64,000 nt of DNA. Origin: a virus. Positions 35,147-45,658 of the stretch are shown in pieces. Where the stretch lies: positions 64,001 through 128,000 of the IMG/VR virus record IMGVR_UViG_3300031823_000001. One strand, written 5' to 3'. How positions within the stretch are numbered: the first letter of the stretch is position 1; each line of letters starts with the position of its first letter. The position numbers were made by a program, and so were the translations under genes. The notes under the pieces were generated by a model. The model saw nothing but the letters and a program-made list of their open reading frames with translations, was not told the DNA's origin and did no database searches.

Positions 35147-37180
35147 CTAGCGGGACTTGCCGAGGAAATCGGCTGCCTCCTTCGGGTCGGTGGTGCGGGT
35201 CGCCGGCGGGAGCGCCTCCATGATCCGGCGGCCGTAGGCCTTGCTGTTCAGCCGGGGGTCCAGGATGGCGACTACGCCCTTGTCCTCTACGTGGCGGATC
35301 AGGCGGCCGAACGCCTGGGTGAGGACCAGGGTCATCTCCGGGACGGCCAGGTGGTCGAAGCCGGCCCGCTCGCTGTGGTAGCGCCGGACCAGCACCTCCT
35401 CGCGTGCCTTGTGCACCAGGTCGGTCGGCGGGGTGAACGGGAGCTTGTCGAGGACCACCAGCCGCAGCGCGCTGCCCTGGATGTCCACGCCCTCGAAGAA
35501 CGTGCGGAGGGCGAACAGGACCGCGTGCCCGTCCTCCTTCATGAGGCGGACCAGCTCGCCGGGCGTGGAGTCGCCCTGCTTCATGACCAGCAGCCCCTGG
35601 TCGCGGAAGTCGTCGGCGAGCACCTGGTAGGCCTCGTTCATCGCGTTCCTTGAGGTGAATAGCAGCAGCGCCCCGCCGCCGGACGCGTTGACCAGGTACT
35701 TAGTCGCTCCCTGCGAGTAGGCCCGCCACGCGACCATCGTCTTCTGGAGCGGCTCCGGCTTGCCCTTCTCCGGGGTGAACAGCACCGCCTGGGCGGGGTA
35801 GTCGAACGGCGATCCGGCGTCGAACTCCCGGGCCTCGCCCTTGTCCAGGCCCACGGTCTCCTCCATGAAGGAGAAGCTCTTCCCTGTGGCGAGGGTGGCA
35901 GACATCAGGACGGTGGGGATGGAGTCCCACAGCACCTTGCGCAGGAACGGGCCGACATCGACGGGGGCGGAGCACAGGAGGACGCGCTCGCGGCGCTCCC
36001 CCCGGAATGTCTTGATCTCCAGCTCGGCCCAGCGCACCGTCTCGCCCTCAGGGCTGGTGGTGTAGGCCCGGATGCGGTCCAGCATGTTCGCCGAGCGGCG
36101 CAGCATCCGGGTCTTGGCCGTCTTCTGGCGGTCGTCGAAGGGGCGCTTGGAGCCGACCTCCTCCCGCGCCGCCCAGATAGCCTGGGAGAGGGCGATGAAG
36201 TAGGGGCCGAGGTCATCGATCAGCATCTTCTGCGACAGGGCCATCGGGTCGGCCTGTCCCCGGTTCTTGTCCTTGACCCAGGTGCGGTAGGCGACAGTGA
36301 GGTGGTTCCACAGGGAGTCGGCGGCCTGCTTGACCTCTAGGGCCAGGGCGTGCTCCAGGTTCTCGCGCTGCATGTACGCGCCCATGTCCTTAGCCAGGTT
36401 GACGAGGCTGCCCTGGCCGATCGTGTCCTCGATCGCGCTCCGGGTGACCTCGGGGAGGGTGTGCCCTTCGTCGATGACGACGCGACCGATCTCGCCGAGG
36501 AGCTGCACGTTGCCCTCGGAGATGTCGCGGAGGGCGAGGTCCCGCAGGAGGTAGGCGGTGTTGGTGATCACGATGTTCGCGTCGGCGGCCTTCGCCTTCG
36601 CGCGCTCGGCGATGCAGACGTCCCCGAACGGGCAGTTCTTCTTGCCCGGGCACTCGTCGCTGGAGATGGAGAACGGCCGCCATTCCTCGTCGGGCAGAAG
36701 CGGGAAGTCCTCCCGGTCGGTGACGCGCAGTTCCCGGACGGCCTCGGGGGTGCTCAGCTCCTGCACCCGCGCGATGACTTCAGCCTGGCGCGTGGTGGGG
36801 GCGGTGACCTGCTCCATCTGGAGGTGGCACGGGTAGTTGGCCCGGCCCTTGATGACGGCCCAGGTGAAGGGGACCCCCAGGTACTTCTCCAGGAACGGCA
36901 GGTCCTTGCCCGCGTACTGTGACTGGAGTGCCTTGGTGGCCGTGGCGACGATGGTGCGCTCACCTGAGAGGATGTGGGCGATCAGGGCGGCGAGGGACTT
37001 GCCGGTGCCGGTGCCCGCCTGGCAGAGCCCGTGGCCGCCGTCCGCGATGACCGTCTCGATCTCGGCGGCGAGGGCCTCCTGGTGCGCCCGGCAGGTGTAC
37101 CCGGGCAGGTTCGCGGCGAGGACCTCCTGGGCCTCGGCGAACGTCGTGGGGACCTTCACGGTCTCGGTCGTCTCCGTCAT
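35147..37180 (-). CDS. dinG: DinG/YoaA family helicase
   Basis: AGTGTGKS, Fe-S Cys cluster, DEGH, SATL, FFEGVD, QAFGRLIR. Confidence 0.93.
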   Translation of the reverse strand: MTETTETVKVPTTFAEAQEVLAANLPGYTCRAHQEALAAEIETVIADGGHGLCQAGTGTGKSLAALIAHILSGERTIVATATKALQSQYAGKDLPFLEKYLGVPFTWAVIKGRANYPCHLQMEQVTAPTTRQAEVIARVQELSTPEAVRELRVTDREDFPLLPDEEWRPFSISSDECPGKKNCPFGDVCIAERAKAKAADANIVITNTAYLLRDLALRDISEGNVQLLGEIGRVVIDEGHTLPEVTRSAIEDTIGQGSLVNLAKDMGAYMQRENLEHALALEVKQAADSLWNHLTVAYRTWVKDKNRGQADPMALSQKMLIDDLGPYFIALSQAIWAAREEVGSKRPFDDRQKTAKTRMLRRSANMLDRIRAYTTSPEGETVRWAELEIKTFRGERRERVLLCSAPVDVGPFLRKVLWDSIPTVLMSATLATGKSFSFMEETVGLDKGEAREFDAGSPFDYPAQAVLFTPEKGKPEPLQKTMVAWRAYSQGATKYLVNASGGGALLLFTSRNAMNEAYQVLADDFRDQGLLVMKQGDSTPGELVRLMKEDGHAVLFALRTFFEGVDIQGSALRLVVLDKLPFTPPTDLVHKAREEVLVRRYHSERAGFDHLAVPEMTLVLTQAFGRLIRHVEDKGVVAILDPRLNSKAYGRRIMEALPPATRTTDPKEAADFLGKSR

Positions 37181-37294
37181 GATCTTCCTCCTGGCTCTCA
37201 GGGACACCCCCGGAAGGGCTACAGCCCTATCCTATTATCAAGAAGTCCTGTATTACAACCAGTATATCGGGGCACAGTCCGGTATTCTCGGAAT

Positions 37295-38881
37295 ATGCCT
37301 GCACAGGGAGAGCCGCACCCGGAGTGGCCCCCGGGCATCCTTTTCAAGCCCACCTACGACATCGACTGGCAGTACGACTTCATCGCCAAGATGTTCCTCA
37401 TGGGGCGCGCCGTGGTCGCCGCCGATATGGGGCTCGGCAAGTCGGTGATGGCGCTCGGCGCCGCCGCAGTCGCGTTCGAGTACGAGCAGACAGACCTCGT
37501 GCTGGTCGTGTGCGAGAAGAACAAGCTGTCGGAGTGGGTGCGGGACCTCGGCCGGTTCACCCGGCTGTCGGCCGCTCTCTACTACGGGCCGAGGCCGAGG
37601 CGCAGGAAGCTCCTCGACGGGGAACTCCCGCAGGTCCTGGTCACCACCTACGAGACGGCCCGGACCGACAGCGCGGTCTTCCCGCCAAAAAAGAGCCGCT
37701 CCCGGACGCTCACCCCTGGCCCGCTGCTGGAGGCCATGGCGGGCAAGCGGGTCATGCTGGTCTACGACGAAGTGACCAAGATCGGCCACGGCCGGTCCTC
37801 CAACCTCTACAAGGCCCACAAGTGGCTGGAGGAGCAGCTCCGCGCGGCCTGCAAAGAGACTCGCGTCCTCGGCCTGACGGGCACCCCCATGGATACCGAC
37901 CTCGACGGGGTGCTCAACGAGATGCGGGTGGTGGTGCCGCGCGCCATGCCGACGATCAAGGAGTACGAGGAGCGGGTAGTGCGCAGCCGGGACATCTACG
38001 GCCGCCCTCTGTACCGGCCCGAGGGGAAGGAGTGGTTCCGGGCGCGGTGCGAGCCCCACATCCTGCGCAAGCGCAAGAGCGACCCTGACGTCCGCGAGCA
38101 GTTCCCGCCGCTGCTGGAAGAATTCCGCCGCCTCCAGATGCACGACGACCAGTACAGGCTCTACCGGATGCTGGAGGACCTGGCCTGGGACGAGAAGGGG
38201 AGCAAGCTCGACGCCCCCGCCGGGCTCCAGCTCGCCCTGCGCCTGGTAGCCGGGGACCCGCTCGCCCTCCTGGAAGCGGCCCGCAACGGGGAGTCGGAGT
38301 TCCTGGCGATGCTCGCCGAGGAGCTGGGGGAGGACCTGGAGCGGTGCTCGTCGGCCAAGGCTGAGGAGCTGGTCTCGATGTCTGACATCGTGACGTCCGG
38401 CGGCGGAAAGCTGATGGTCTTCACCTGGTTCGCGCACACCGTGATGCCCGTGTTGCAGCGCAGGCTCGGCGACCGCCAGGTGTTCACCTACCACGGCGGC
38501 ATGACGTCGGCTGAGCAGGACCGCCAGCTCGCCCTGTTCGAGGCCTGCGGGGGCGGCGCCGTCCTGCTGGCCAGCGACGCCGCGAAGCGGGGCATCAACG
38601 TCCCCTTCGTGGACGTCATCGCCGAGTACGAGCCGGCCTCCAAGCATTCCGACCGGGTGCAGCGCGCCAACCGGGGCCACCGGCTGGGGAGAGTCAACCC
38701 GCTGACCTTCGTCACCTTCGTCCTCGAATCGACGATCGAGTCCACCTCCAGCATCAGCAGCGTCCTGGGGCGCAACGCCGACCAGGACTTCCTGCTGCGC
38801 GACGACGAGGCCGATGGCTACACTACGGCCGACGACCGGCGCGAGCTGTACGCGCAGGCGCGGCCGAGGAAGGCGGGTTAA
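37295..38881 (+). CDS. SNF2-like helicase
   Basis: DMGLGKS, YDEVTK, LTGTP, SDAAKRGIN, QRANRGHRLG. Confidence 0.85.
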   Translation: MPAQGEPHPEWPPGILFKPTYDIDWQYDFIAKMFLMGRAVVAADMGLGKSVMALGAAAVAFEYEQTDLVLVVCEKNKLSEWVRDLGRFTRLSAALYYGPRPRRRKLLDGELPQVLVTTYETARTDSAVFPPKKSRSRTLTPGPLLEAMAGKRVMLVYDEVTKIGHGRSSNLYKAHKWLEEQLRAACKETRVLGLTGTPMDTDLDGVLNEMRVVVPRAMPTIKEYEERVVRSRDIYGRPLYRPEGKEWFRARCEPHILRKRKSDPDVREQFPPLLEEFRRLQMHDDQYRLYRMLEDLAWDEKGSKLDAPAGLQLALRLVAGDPLALLEAARNGESEFLAMLAEELGEDLERCSSAKAEELVSMSDIVTSGGGKLMVFTWFAHTVMPVLQRRLGDRQVFTYHGGMTSAEQDRQLALFEACGGGAVLLASDAAKRGINVPFVDVIAEYEPASKHSDRVQRANRGHRLGRVNPLTFVTFVLESTIESTSSISSVLGRNADQDFLLRDDEADGYTTADDRRELYAQARPRKAG

Positions 38882-38882
38882 C

Positions 38883-39227
38883 GTGCGGCGGACGTCCGAC
38901 ATCGTGGCACAGATGGTCAAGCAGGCCATAGGCGACCTGGACATCCTCGCGGTTGACCGCGATGCCGTCGAGTGGGAGGTCATCCCGTTCGTGAACCCCG
39001 GCGCCTCTGTCTGCTGGCTGCTCGGCATCGGCCTGCCTGTCCCGGCAGTCGGAGACACCATCATGCCGTTCGTCCGGCTGTCCGATCCGCACAGCCGGGA
39101 GGAGGTCGCCCGGACCGTCCAGGCCCTCTACCGCACCGTGGCCATGCAGGTCCTCGGCGTCTCCGGTGACGCGACGAAGGCCGCCGAGGAACTCCGCACC
39201 TCTCCCGGCGGCCTGATCGTGCCGTAA
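38883..39227 (+). CDS. Hypothetical protein
   Basis: High GC3 ORF. Confidence 0.6.
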   Translation: MRRTSDIVAQMVKQAIGDLDILAVDRDAVEWEVIPFVNPGASVCWLLGIGLPVPAVGDTIMPFVRLSDPHSREEVARTVQALYRTVAMQVLGVSGDATKAAEELRTSPGGLIVP

Positions 39228-39245
39228 CCGCGCCCCGGAAGGGGT

Positions 39246-40238
39246 GTGACCGGAACTACCTCTTTCCTCGTTGACTGCTCTTCGTACCAGGGTGTCCCCG
39301 CCTGGGCGAAGGCCGCCGCCGTGTGCGCCGGCGGGGCAGAGAAGGTCACTGAGGGCACCGGCTATACGAACCCCGACTGGAACGCGTCGAAGACCGCGCT
39401 CCAGCAACTGGCCGCGCACGGGTTCGTGCCGCTGGCCTACCTGTTCCTCGACGCCGGGCCCGGTGCCGCGCAGGCGCAGTACTTCGCGAGCAAGGCCGGG
39501 AGCCTCACGGGCTGGGGCATCGCGATCGACCTGGAGCGCTCCTCCGGCAGCCCCACTGTCGCCCAGGCTCAGGACTGCGCCGCCGAGCTGCGCAAGCTCT
39601 ACCCGGCCCACCCGATAGGCGGGTACGCGCCGCACTGGTACACGGGCGGAGCGAACCTGTCGTTCTGCGACTGGCTGTGGGCCAGCGAGTACGTGAACGG
39701 GTCGGGCGACCCGGGCGTGCTCTACAAGTCGGTCCCGGCCACCTGGTGGGCGCCGTACGGCGGCAAGGCACCGCTGCTTCTCCAGTTCACCTCCTCAGCG
39801 ACCGTCGCCGGGATCAGCGGCCCGGTTGACTGCTCCGCGTTCGCCGGGACCGGAGCGCAGCTCGCCTCGCACGTCCTGCCGGAGCCGGCCGCCCCGCCGA
39901 AGCCGGCTGCTCCCCCCGCACCCAAGGAGGCGGCCGTGTCCGACCCGGGCGTCCTGTTCCAGCTCAACCACGACAGCCTGCCGCTCGACGTCCCAGTCGC
40001 CGGGGCGCTCCCGTCGCAGGACTTCCGGATGGTGGTCACCGGGGACACCGGGGCGGTGACGACGGCGACCGCCTGGTTCACCGACGGGTCAGCCGCCCAG
40101 CAGCTCTCCTTCGCCCTCCATAACGGCCAGTCGGCCAGCGTCGTCTTCCGCCGGCCGTGGAGCGGGGTGAGCACCGTCAGGTTCCAGCGGCAGGACACCA
40201 AGACCGCTCTCTCCGCGTCCGTCTTCATCCGCTTCTAA
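39246..40238 (+). CDS. Endolysin, GH25 muramidase
   Basis: VDCSSYQG, KVTEG, IDLE, LLQFTS..VDCS; Pro linker, C-term domain. Confidence 0.85.
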   Translation: MTGTTSFLVDCSSYQGVPAWAKAAAVCAGGAEKVTEGTGYTNPDWNASKTALQQLAAHGFVPLAYLFLDAGPGAAQAQYFASKAGSLTGWGIAIDLERSSGSPTVAQAQDCAAELRKLYPAHPIGGYAPHWYTGGANLSFCDWLWASEYVNGSGDPGVLYKSVPATWWAPYGGKAPLLLQFTSSATVAGISGPVDCSAFAGTGAQLASHVLPEPAAPPKPAAPPAPKEAAVSDPGVLFQLNHDSLPLDVPVAGALPSQDFRMVVTGDTGAVTTATAWFTDGSAAQQLSFALHNGQSASVVFRRPWSGVSTVRFQRQDTKTALSASVFIRF

Positions 40239-40268
40239 GCCCCAGAAGGATCAGGAGGGAGTCATCCC

Positions 40269-40475
40269 ATGTCAGTACAGCCTGCCGGGCCCGTCCGGGC
40301 CCTGCGCGAGTGCGACGAGTGCCACGGCATCGACGACCTGGGCCATCACCAGGTGGTGGTGCCCGGGGAGGACGGCAGCCTGGTGGTCGCCAGCCGTCAC
40401 TTCGCGTGCTGTGCCGGCAGCGGGTGCCCCGACGGAAGCTGCAACGCGATCCTTACGGGAGCACCAGGTGTCTAA
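40269..40475 (+). CDS. Small Cys/His-rich protein
   Basis: CxxC..H..HxxCC..C. Confidence 0.65.
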   Translation: MSVQPAGPVRALRECDECHGIDDLGHHQVVVPGEDGSLVVASRHFACCAGSGCPDGSCNAILTGAPGV

Positions 40476-40860
40476 CCTCGACCAGACCTTCAGCAACTCG
40501 CTGCTCCAGGCCAGCGTGGGAGGCAGCTTCACTGCTCCGACCACGCCGATCACCTGCCGCCTGATGACGGCGACCGGGACGAACACCAGCAACGGCACGG
40601 AGCTGGCGACCAGCGGCGGCTACACCAGCGGCACCGGGGCGCCGCAGGTGACGTTCGCCTCGGCGTCGGCGGGCTCGATGGCCTCCAACGTCGCCGTCAC
40701 CGTCACCAACATGCCGGCCACGACGATCAACGCCGTGGAGCTGTGGGACTCCGAGGGCAGCCCCAAGCGGCTGTGGTGGGGGCCGCTGACCTCGGCGAAG
40801 ACCACCAACGCCGGGGACACCTTCACGATCGCGTCGGGGTCGCTCACCCTGGCCATGTAA
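40468..40860 (+). CDS. Small virion/tail-fibre-associated protein
   Basis: GTELATSGGY..ELWDS..GPLTSAKT..GDTFTIASGSL. Confidence 0.7.
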   Translation: MSNLDQTFSNSLLQASVGGSFTAPTTPITCRLMTATGTNTSNGTELATSGGYTSGTGAPQVTFASASAGSMASNVAVTVTNMPATTINAVELWDSEGSPKRLWWGPLTSAKTTNAGDTFTIASGSLTLAM

Positions 40861-40869
40861 GGAGCCGTC

Positions 40870-41148
40870 ATGGCCGAGACCCCCACCAGCCTGTCGTACG
40901 CGGGCAACTCCACTGCCTCCGACCTGACGGCCAACGGGAGCACGGTCACGATCGGCCCGCTGAACGTCACCATGGCGGGCTTCGATCTCACCGGCACCCA
41001 GGCGGAGTGCGTCCTCGGGCGCGGCGGCGGATCGGCCGACGAGCCGGCCGGGAACACCGCGAGCGGGTCCACCGACTACGGCTTCACCGACACGACCTAC
41101 ACGCTGACGGCGGCGCAGGTCCAGGCCGGGAGCCTTATGGGAGCGTGA
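40870..41148 (+). CDS. Hypothetical virion protein
   Basis: SD AAGGAG, Thr/Gly rich. Confidence 0.6.
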   Translation: MAETPTSLSYAGNSTASDLTANGSTVTIGPLNVTMAGFDLTGTQAECVLGRGGGSADEPAGNTASGSTDYGFTDTTYTLTAAQVQAGSLMGA

Positions 41149-41152
41149 GGCG

Positions 41153-42697
41153 GTGGCCAACTACCGTCTTTTCCCTTCGACGAGCGGCCCGGCGCTTACC
41201 AGCTACACGGGCAAGTTCATGGCGGGGGTCGCCTTCCAGGTCACCGAGGGCGCTACCTGGCTGTCTGGTTTCTGGTGGTGGGTTCCCGCCGGGGGCGATA
41301 CCGCCGCCCAGGAGTTCTGCCTCTGGCAGCTCACCGCCGGGCTCGCGGGCATCGTCGTGCCCGCGACCACGGTCACGTCCGGGACGCTGACCGCCGGGGC
41401 GTGGAACTACGTCGCGCTCGCTTCCCCGGTGGGGCTTACGCCGGGAATCCCCTACCTGGCTGAGACCGCGTACACCGCCGCCCACGGCTTCCCTGAGACG
41501 CACGGCCAGTTCGGCAGCGGGGACCCGTACTCCGCAGGAATCACCAACGGCCCCCTGTCGGCCTACTCGGACGCGTCCGGGTCGAACCCGGCGCCGTCCG
41601 GCTGGGTGACCCAGGGGTCTTTCGGCACCGCCTACAGCGTCCCTACCTCCGGTATCCCCAACCTGGGGTCGGACAGCAGCAGCAACTTCTGGCTGGACGT
41701 CCAGGTCACCGACACGCTCCCCGCAGGAGGAAGCTACCGGCTGTGGCCGTCGCTGCCGCTGCCGCAGGGGATGATCCAGGACTCGGCCGCGAACTTCACC
41801 CTGGCGACCGAGTTCGTCCTCTCCGGGTCGTGCTCGCTGGACAACATCTGGTTCTACTCCCCCTCCGGCGCGCCTAACCTGCCGACAGAATGCGGCATCC
41901 TCGGCCAGACCTCCCAGGCGCTGGTCAGCGGCACGCACGTCACCTCTCCCTCCTGGTCGGGGGCGGCCGGGTCGGGGTGGGTAGCGCACGCCTACACCGG
42001 GGTCACGCTGCCCGCCGGGGCCTACCGGGTCGCGGTGGCCAACTCCGACGGCACCGCCGGGGCATGGAACGACGCGACCGTCGATTACTTCCTCACCGGG
42101 GCCGGGTCGGCGGGACTCACCGCAGGGCCGTTGTCGGCCCCGCCGAACAGCACGGCGGGCAGCCCCGGCCAGGGGTCCTACAACTCCGGTGCAACCCTGG
42201 CGTGGCCCGGCACGTTCGACACCGGCCACGCGCCGTCTTACTGGGTGGACGTCGAGGTCACACCTGGAGCCACCATCGACTCCGGGTCAGCCGCCCTGGC
42301 CGCGCTGCCGTCACTCGCGGCAGCCGGCACCCGGACAGTCCTCGCTTCAGCTCACGTCACCGCCGCCTCTTCGCTTTCGGCGCCCGGGACAAGAGCGGTT
42401 CCCGCTGCCGCCGCGCTGTCGGCACCGGGGGCGCTGTCGGCTCACGGCACGCTGTCGGTCCGCGCCGCCGCCTCGGCGGCTGCGCTGGCGCGGCTCTCGG
42501 CGGCAGGGGCGGTTCCGGTCACCGCTGGTGCGGCACTGGGTGCTTCCGCCGTATTGACGTGCTCTTATCTTCCCGCACGAATCGTGATCGCCGCGAATAT
42601 CATGTTCCCAGATAACCAGTCTGGGATATACGGGGCCAGTGAGGCTGAGACGACCGTAATAGTCCCTGGCGTGACAGACGGGATTTACAGCTCATGA
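41153..42697 (+). CDS. DUF4082-like tandem domain surface protein
   Basis: Two repeats YRL(F/W)PS...(F/Y)W(L/V)DV.V; Ala-rich tail. Confidence 0.7.
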   Translation: MANYRLFPSTSGPALTSYTGKFMAGVAFQVTEGATWLSGFWWWVPAGGDTAAQEFCLWQLTAGLAGIVVPATTVTSGTLTAGAWNYVALASPVGLTPGIPYLAETAYTAAHGFPETHGQFGSGDPYSAGITNGPLSAYSDASGSNPAPSGWVTQGSFGTAYSVPTSGIPNLGSDSSSNFWLDVQVTDTLPAGGSYRLWPSLPLPQGMIQDSAANFTLATEFVLSGSCSLDNIWFYSPSGAPNLPTECGILGQTSQALVSGTHVTSPSWSGAAGSGWVAHAYTGVTLPAGAYRVAVANSDGTAGAWNDATVDYFLTGAGSAGLTAGPLSAPPNSTAGSPGQGSYNSGATLAWPGTFDTGHAPSYWVDVEVTPGATIDSGSAALAALPSLAAAGTRTVLASAHVTAASSLSAPGTRAVPAAAALSAPGALSAHGTLSVRAAASAAALARLSAAGAVPVTAGAALGASAVLTCSYLPARIVIAANIMFPDNQSGIYGASEAETTVIVPGVTDGIYSS

Positions 42698-43335
42698 GCA
42701 TGCAGCAGCACTCGGCAGCCACCGCCCTGCTCGCCGACCCTTCCGTGCGCGCCGACCCGGGACAGTCTTTCAGCACAGTGCAGCGCGGATATCACAAGGG
42801 CGAGGTAGACGACTGGGTGCGTTCGGCCCTGTCGGAAATCGACCGTCTCGGGCGCCAGGTAACCGCATTCCTCAGTCACGAGGCGTCCAGCCCCCAGGGG
42901 CAGAAGCTCCTGTCCGAGCTGATGCAGCTCGCCGCCGACGAGGTGACGGGTCAGCGGGCGGCTGCCGTAGAGGAAATCGAGCAGATGATCGCCGGGGCGC
43001 ACCAGCAGTCCGACGGGATCATCGCCGACGCCCGCAGGCAGGCCGAGCAGATCACCGGCAGCGCCACCCAGCAGTCCAGCTCGCTGATCAGCAACGCCCG
43101 CGCCGACGCCAAGAAGACCACCGACAAGGCCGAGGCTTACGCCGCCGCCGTCCGGGAGGCCGCCGAGGCGCGCCTGACGCAGCTCGTCCGGCTCCACGAC
43201 GACGGGATCGCCAGGCTCTCGCAGGTCAACGAGGTGACCGGCAAGATGCTCGCAGCGGAGAGCCAGCGGGGGTCCCTCGCCGACGAGGTGACCAGGGCTC
43301 TCGCCCCGATCACCTCTGCCGCCGAGCAGCGCTAG
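42694..43335 (+). CDS. DivIVA-domain coiled-coil protein
   Basis: FSTVQRGYHKGEVDDWV then long coiled coil (IIADARRQAEQI). Confidence 0.8.
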   Translation: MSMQQHSAATALLADPSVRADPGQSFSTVQRGYHKGEVDDWVRSALSEIDRLGRQVTAFLSHEASSPQGQKLLSELMQLAADEVTGQRAAAVEEIEQMIAGAHQQSDGIIADARRQAEQITGSATQQSSSLISNARADAKKTTDKAEAYAAAVREAAEARLTQLVRLHDDGIARLSQVNEVTGKMLAAESQRGSLADEVTRALAPITSAAEQR

Positions 43336-45390
43336 CTACTCGCCTTCGACGTTCGGTCCCGGGCCGGCCTTCCAGCAGCGGTACCGGGGGTGGTGCACCA
43401 CCTCGTTGTCCCTGTCTTCCGCCAGCCACTTGTGCAGGGTTTCCCGCGCCGGGGCGATCCCCTCCTGGTCGAGCATGTTCCAGATCACCTGGGCGCTGGC
43501 CCCGTCCACCGGCCGGCCCGCGAGGAACTCCCGCATCCTGATCCGCCCGGGATGCAGGTCCTTCTCCGGGTCGGTCAGCCCGCCCCCTTTGACGACCTCG
43601 TCGAAGCGGTCCGTTCCGCCGCTGTCGCCGCTGTACCCGTTCAGGGCGCTGCCGGCCGCCAGGGCCATCGCCGGGACCTTCAGGACGCCGTTCTGCTGCG
43701 CCCGCGCCCAGCGCTGCGCGTACCCGGTGCCCAGCGCCCGCGCGGTCATCGCGTCCAGCCGGGGACGCACCGGGGCGGTGTCGATTTCCGACTGGTAGAC
43801 CGGGCACTCCGGCGGGCACAGCGGGTTGTCGTCGTCTTCGCCGCACACCTTGTCGATGTGGTCGTGGTGCAGGAACTTGGACGGCTGGCTGGCGCGCGGC
43901 CCCCGGCCCATCATGCCGACGCCGGGTGTCTGCGCGAGGAACTGGAGCTGGCGCCCGGCCAGATGGGGCAGGTCGGGGACGATCCAGCTCAGCTCGCTGA
44001 GCTGGCTGGGCCGCAGCGCGAACCTGACGTCGATGTTCGCCTTCATGTCGGTGCTGCCCCCGGCCGAGGTGGTGCCCCGCTGCGACGCCCAGACGGTGGT
44101 GACCGCCTCCGACCGGCCCTTGCGGGTGATCTCGATGCCCTGCTTGATGAACCAGTTATTGGTCATGGCGTCCGCCTGGCCGGCCCGTTCGAGGTCTCCC
44201 CTGGTCCCCGAGATGTCGCTGAACAGGTCGGCCATCTCGTCGCAGACCAGGATGATCTGCGGCCGGCCGGCGGACGGCTTGATCTTGCTCCGGCCGATGC
44301 CCGAGTTCATTCGTACCTCGGTCGCGGCGATGACCGCCTCGATCATCAGCGTCGCCTCGGCCCGGTCGGTGGCGATCCAGTCGATCGGCGGCATCCCGGT
44401 GCGGCCTTCCTCCCACGCCTGGAACCAGGGCTTGATCGCCCGGCCGCCCTTCATGTCGATGGCCCAGATCACCGTGTCCACGCAGCTCGCAAGCTGGGCG
44501 ATGAGCACGTTGATCAGGTTGCTCTTCCCGGACCCGGTGGAGCCGACGATCATGATGTGGACCTCGCGGACCGGCACCTTCAGGTACGAGCCGTCCTCCT
44601 GGACGCCGACCACGATCTCCTCGGTGCAGGTCCGGGACCGCACCTCCGGGGTGAGCAGGTGGGTGCCCTCCATGCCGTCCTGCTCGCGGAGCTTCATGAG
44701 CACCTCAGAGGAGGTGGCGCCGGCCTCGAACATGCAGGCCCCCTCCTGCGACTGGAGGGCTACCTCGAAGTTGCGGGCCTTAGCCCGGAAGTCATCGATG
44801 GTGACCTTGCCGGACTGGGGGAGCCGGATGCGCACCTGGCGGCCCCAGCGTTCCTCGGTGAGTCCGGTGACTTCCACCGGGACGACCTCACCCGTGATCG
44901 GGTGCACGCCGGCGGTGATGCCGAAGTCGGCGAACATCGTGGCGAACAGCTCCCGCTGGACCTGGTTCTCGTCGGGCTCCGGAGCGATCATGAGGGGCTC
45001 GGGCACGGCGGTGAGCGCGATGGGCTCCTTCTTCGGGTGCCGCCTGTGCCAGGCGGCGACGCCCAGGGGGACGAACGCGAACGCGCCCGCGAGGAAGCCG
45101 CCGATGACGTTCCCGTGCCACAGGCCGGCGGCCTGCGCCCAGGCGGTCCAGCCGCCGAGGAAGCCGCCGAAGCCGAACAGGTAAAACGGGAAGAGCTTGC
45201 GCCCGGTGACGCTCCACGTCACGAGCGCGGTACCCGTCGAGGCGATGATCTCCGACGCGGGGAGCACCCACCCGGGAGCGCTTGTCCCCGAGAGGATGGC
45301 CTCGGCCCCGAGCGCGGCAACGGTGGCCAGGCTGATCCACTCAGCCGGGTGACCGTACTTCTGGTAACCCCCCTCAGGCTCCTCTTCCAC
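43336..45390 (-). CDS. traB: TraB-like FtsK/SpoIIIE DNA translocase
   Basis: N-term TMs, GSTGSGKS, WAIDMKGG, VCDE, GRSEAV, SQR; C-term wHTH-like. Confidence 0.85.
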   Translation of the reverse strand: MEEEPEGGYQKYGHPAEWISLATVAALGAEAILSGTSAPGWVLPASEIIASTGTALVTWSVTGRKLFPFYLFGFGGFLGGWTAWAQAAGLWHGNVIGGFLAGAFAFVPLGVAAWHRRHPKKEPIALTAVPEPLMIAPEPDENQVQRELFATMFADFGITAGVHPITGEVVPVEVTGLTEERWGRQVRIRLPQSGKVTIDDFRAKARNFEVALQSQEGACMFEAGATSSEVLMKLREQDGMEGTHLLTPEVRSRTCTEEIVVGVQEDGSYLKVPVREVHIMIVGSTGSGKSNLINVLIAQLASCVDTVIWAIDMKGGRAIKPWFQAWEEGRTGMPPIDWIATDRAEATLMIEAVIAATEVRMNSGIGRSKIKPSAGRPQIILVCDEMADLFSDISGTRGDLERAGQADAMTNNWFIKQGIEITRKGRSEAVTTVWASQRGTTSAGGSTDMKANIDVRFALRPSQLSELSWIVPDLPHLAGRQLQFLAQTPGVGMMGRGPRASQPSKFLHHDHIDKVCGEDDDNPLCPPECPVYQSEIDTAPVRPRLDAMTARALGTGYAQRWARAQQNGVLKVPAMALAAGSALNGYSGDSGGTDRFDEVVKGGGLTDPEKDLHPGRIRMREFLAGRPVDGASAQVIWNMLDQEGIAPARETLHKWLAEDRDNEVVHHPRYRCWKAGPGPNVEGE

Positions 45391-45402
45391 TGTTGCCTCT
45401 CC

Positions 45403-45516
45403 TGTGACCCGGAGTGTGACCCGGAGTGTGACTGTGACTGTGACTTATCTACTTTCCCAGATAACGAGAACTGTGACGAGCGCCGGGATCTTCCCTGGCG
45501 GCGCGCCGGCGTCACA
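45403..45516. repeat. TGTGAC / GACCCGGA direct repeats (clt-like or operator)
   Basis: TGTGACCCGGAG x2 then TGTGAC x3, another at 45472, inverted copy 45511. Confidence 0.75.
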
Positions 45517-45658
45517 CTGTCCCGGCGCACCAGTGCGCCAGGACCCGCCACCTGACGCGCCGCCTCACACTCTGGCGCGCACCAGATTCGGTAGACACAT
45601 TACAGGTTTTCTTGATAAGTTGGAAGCCGCAAGGAACGAGCAGCCAAAGGAGCACCGA

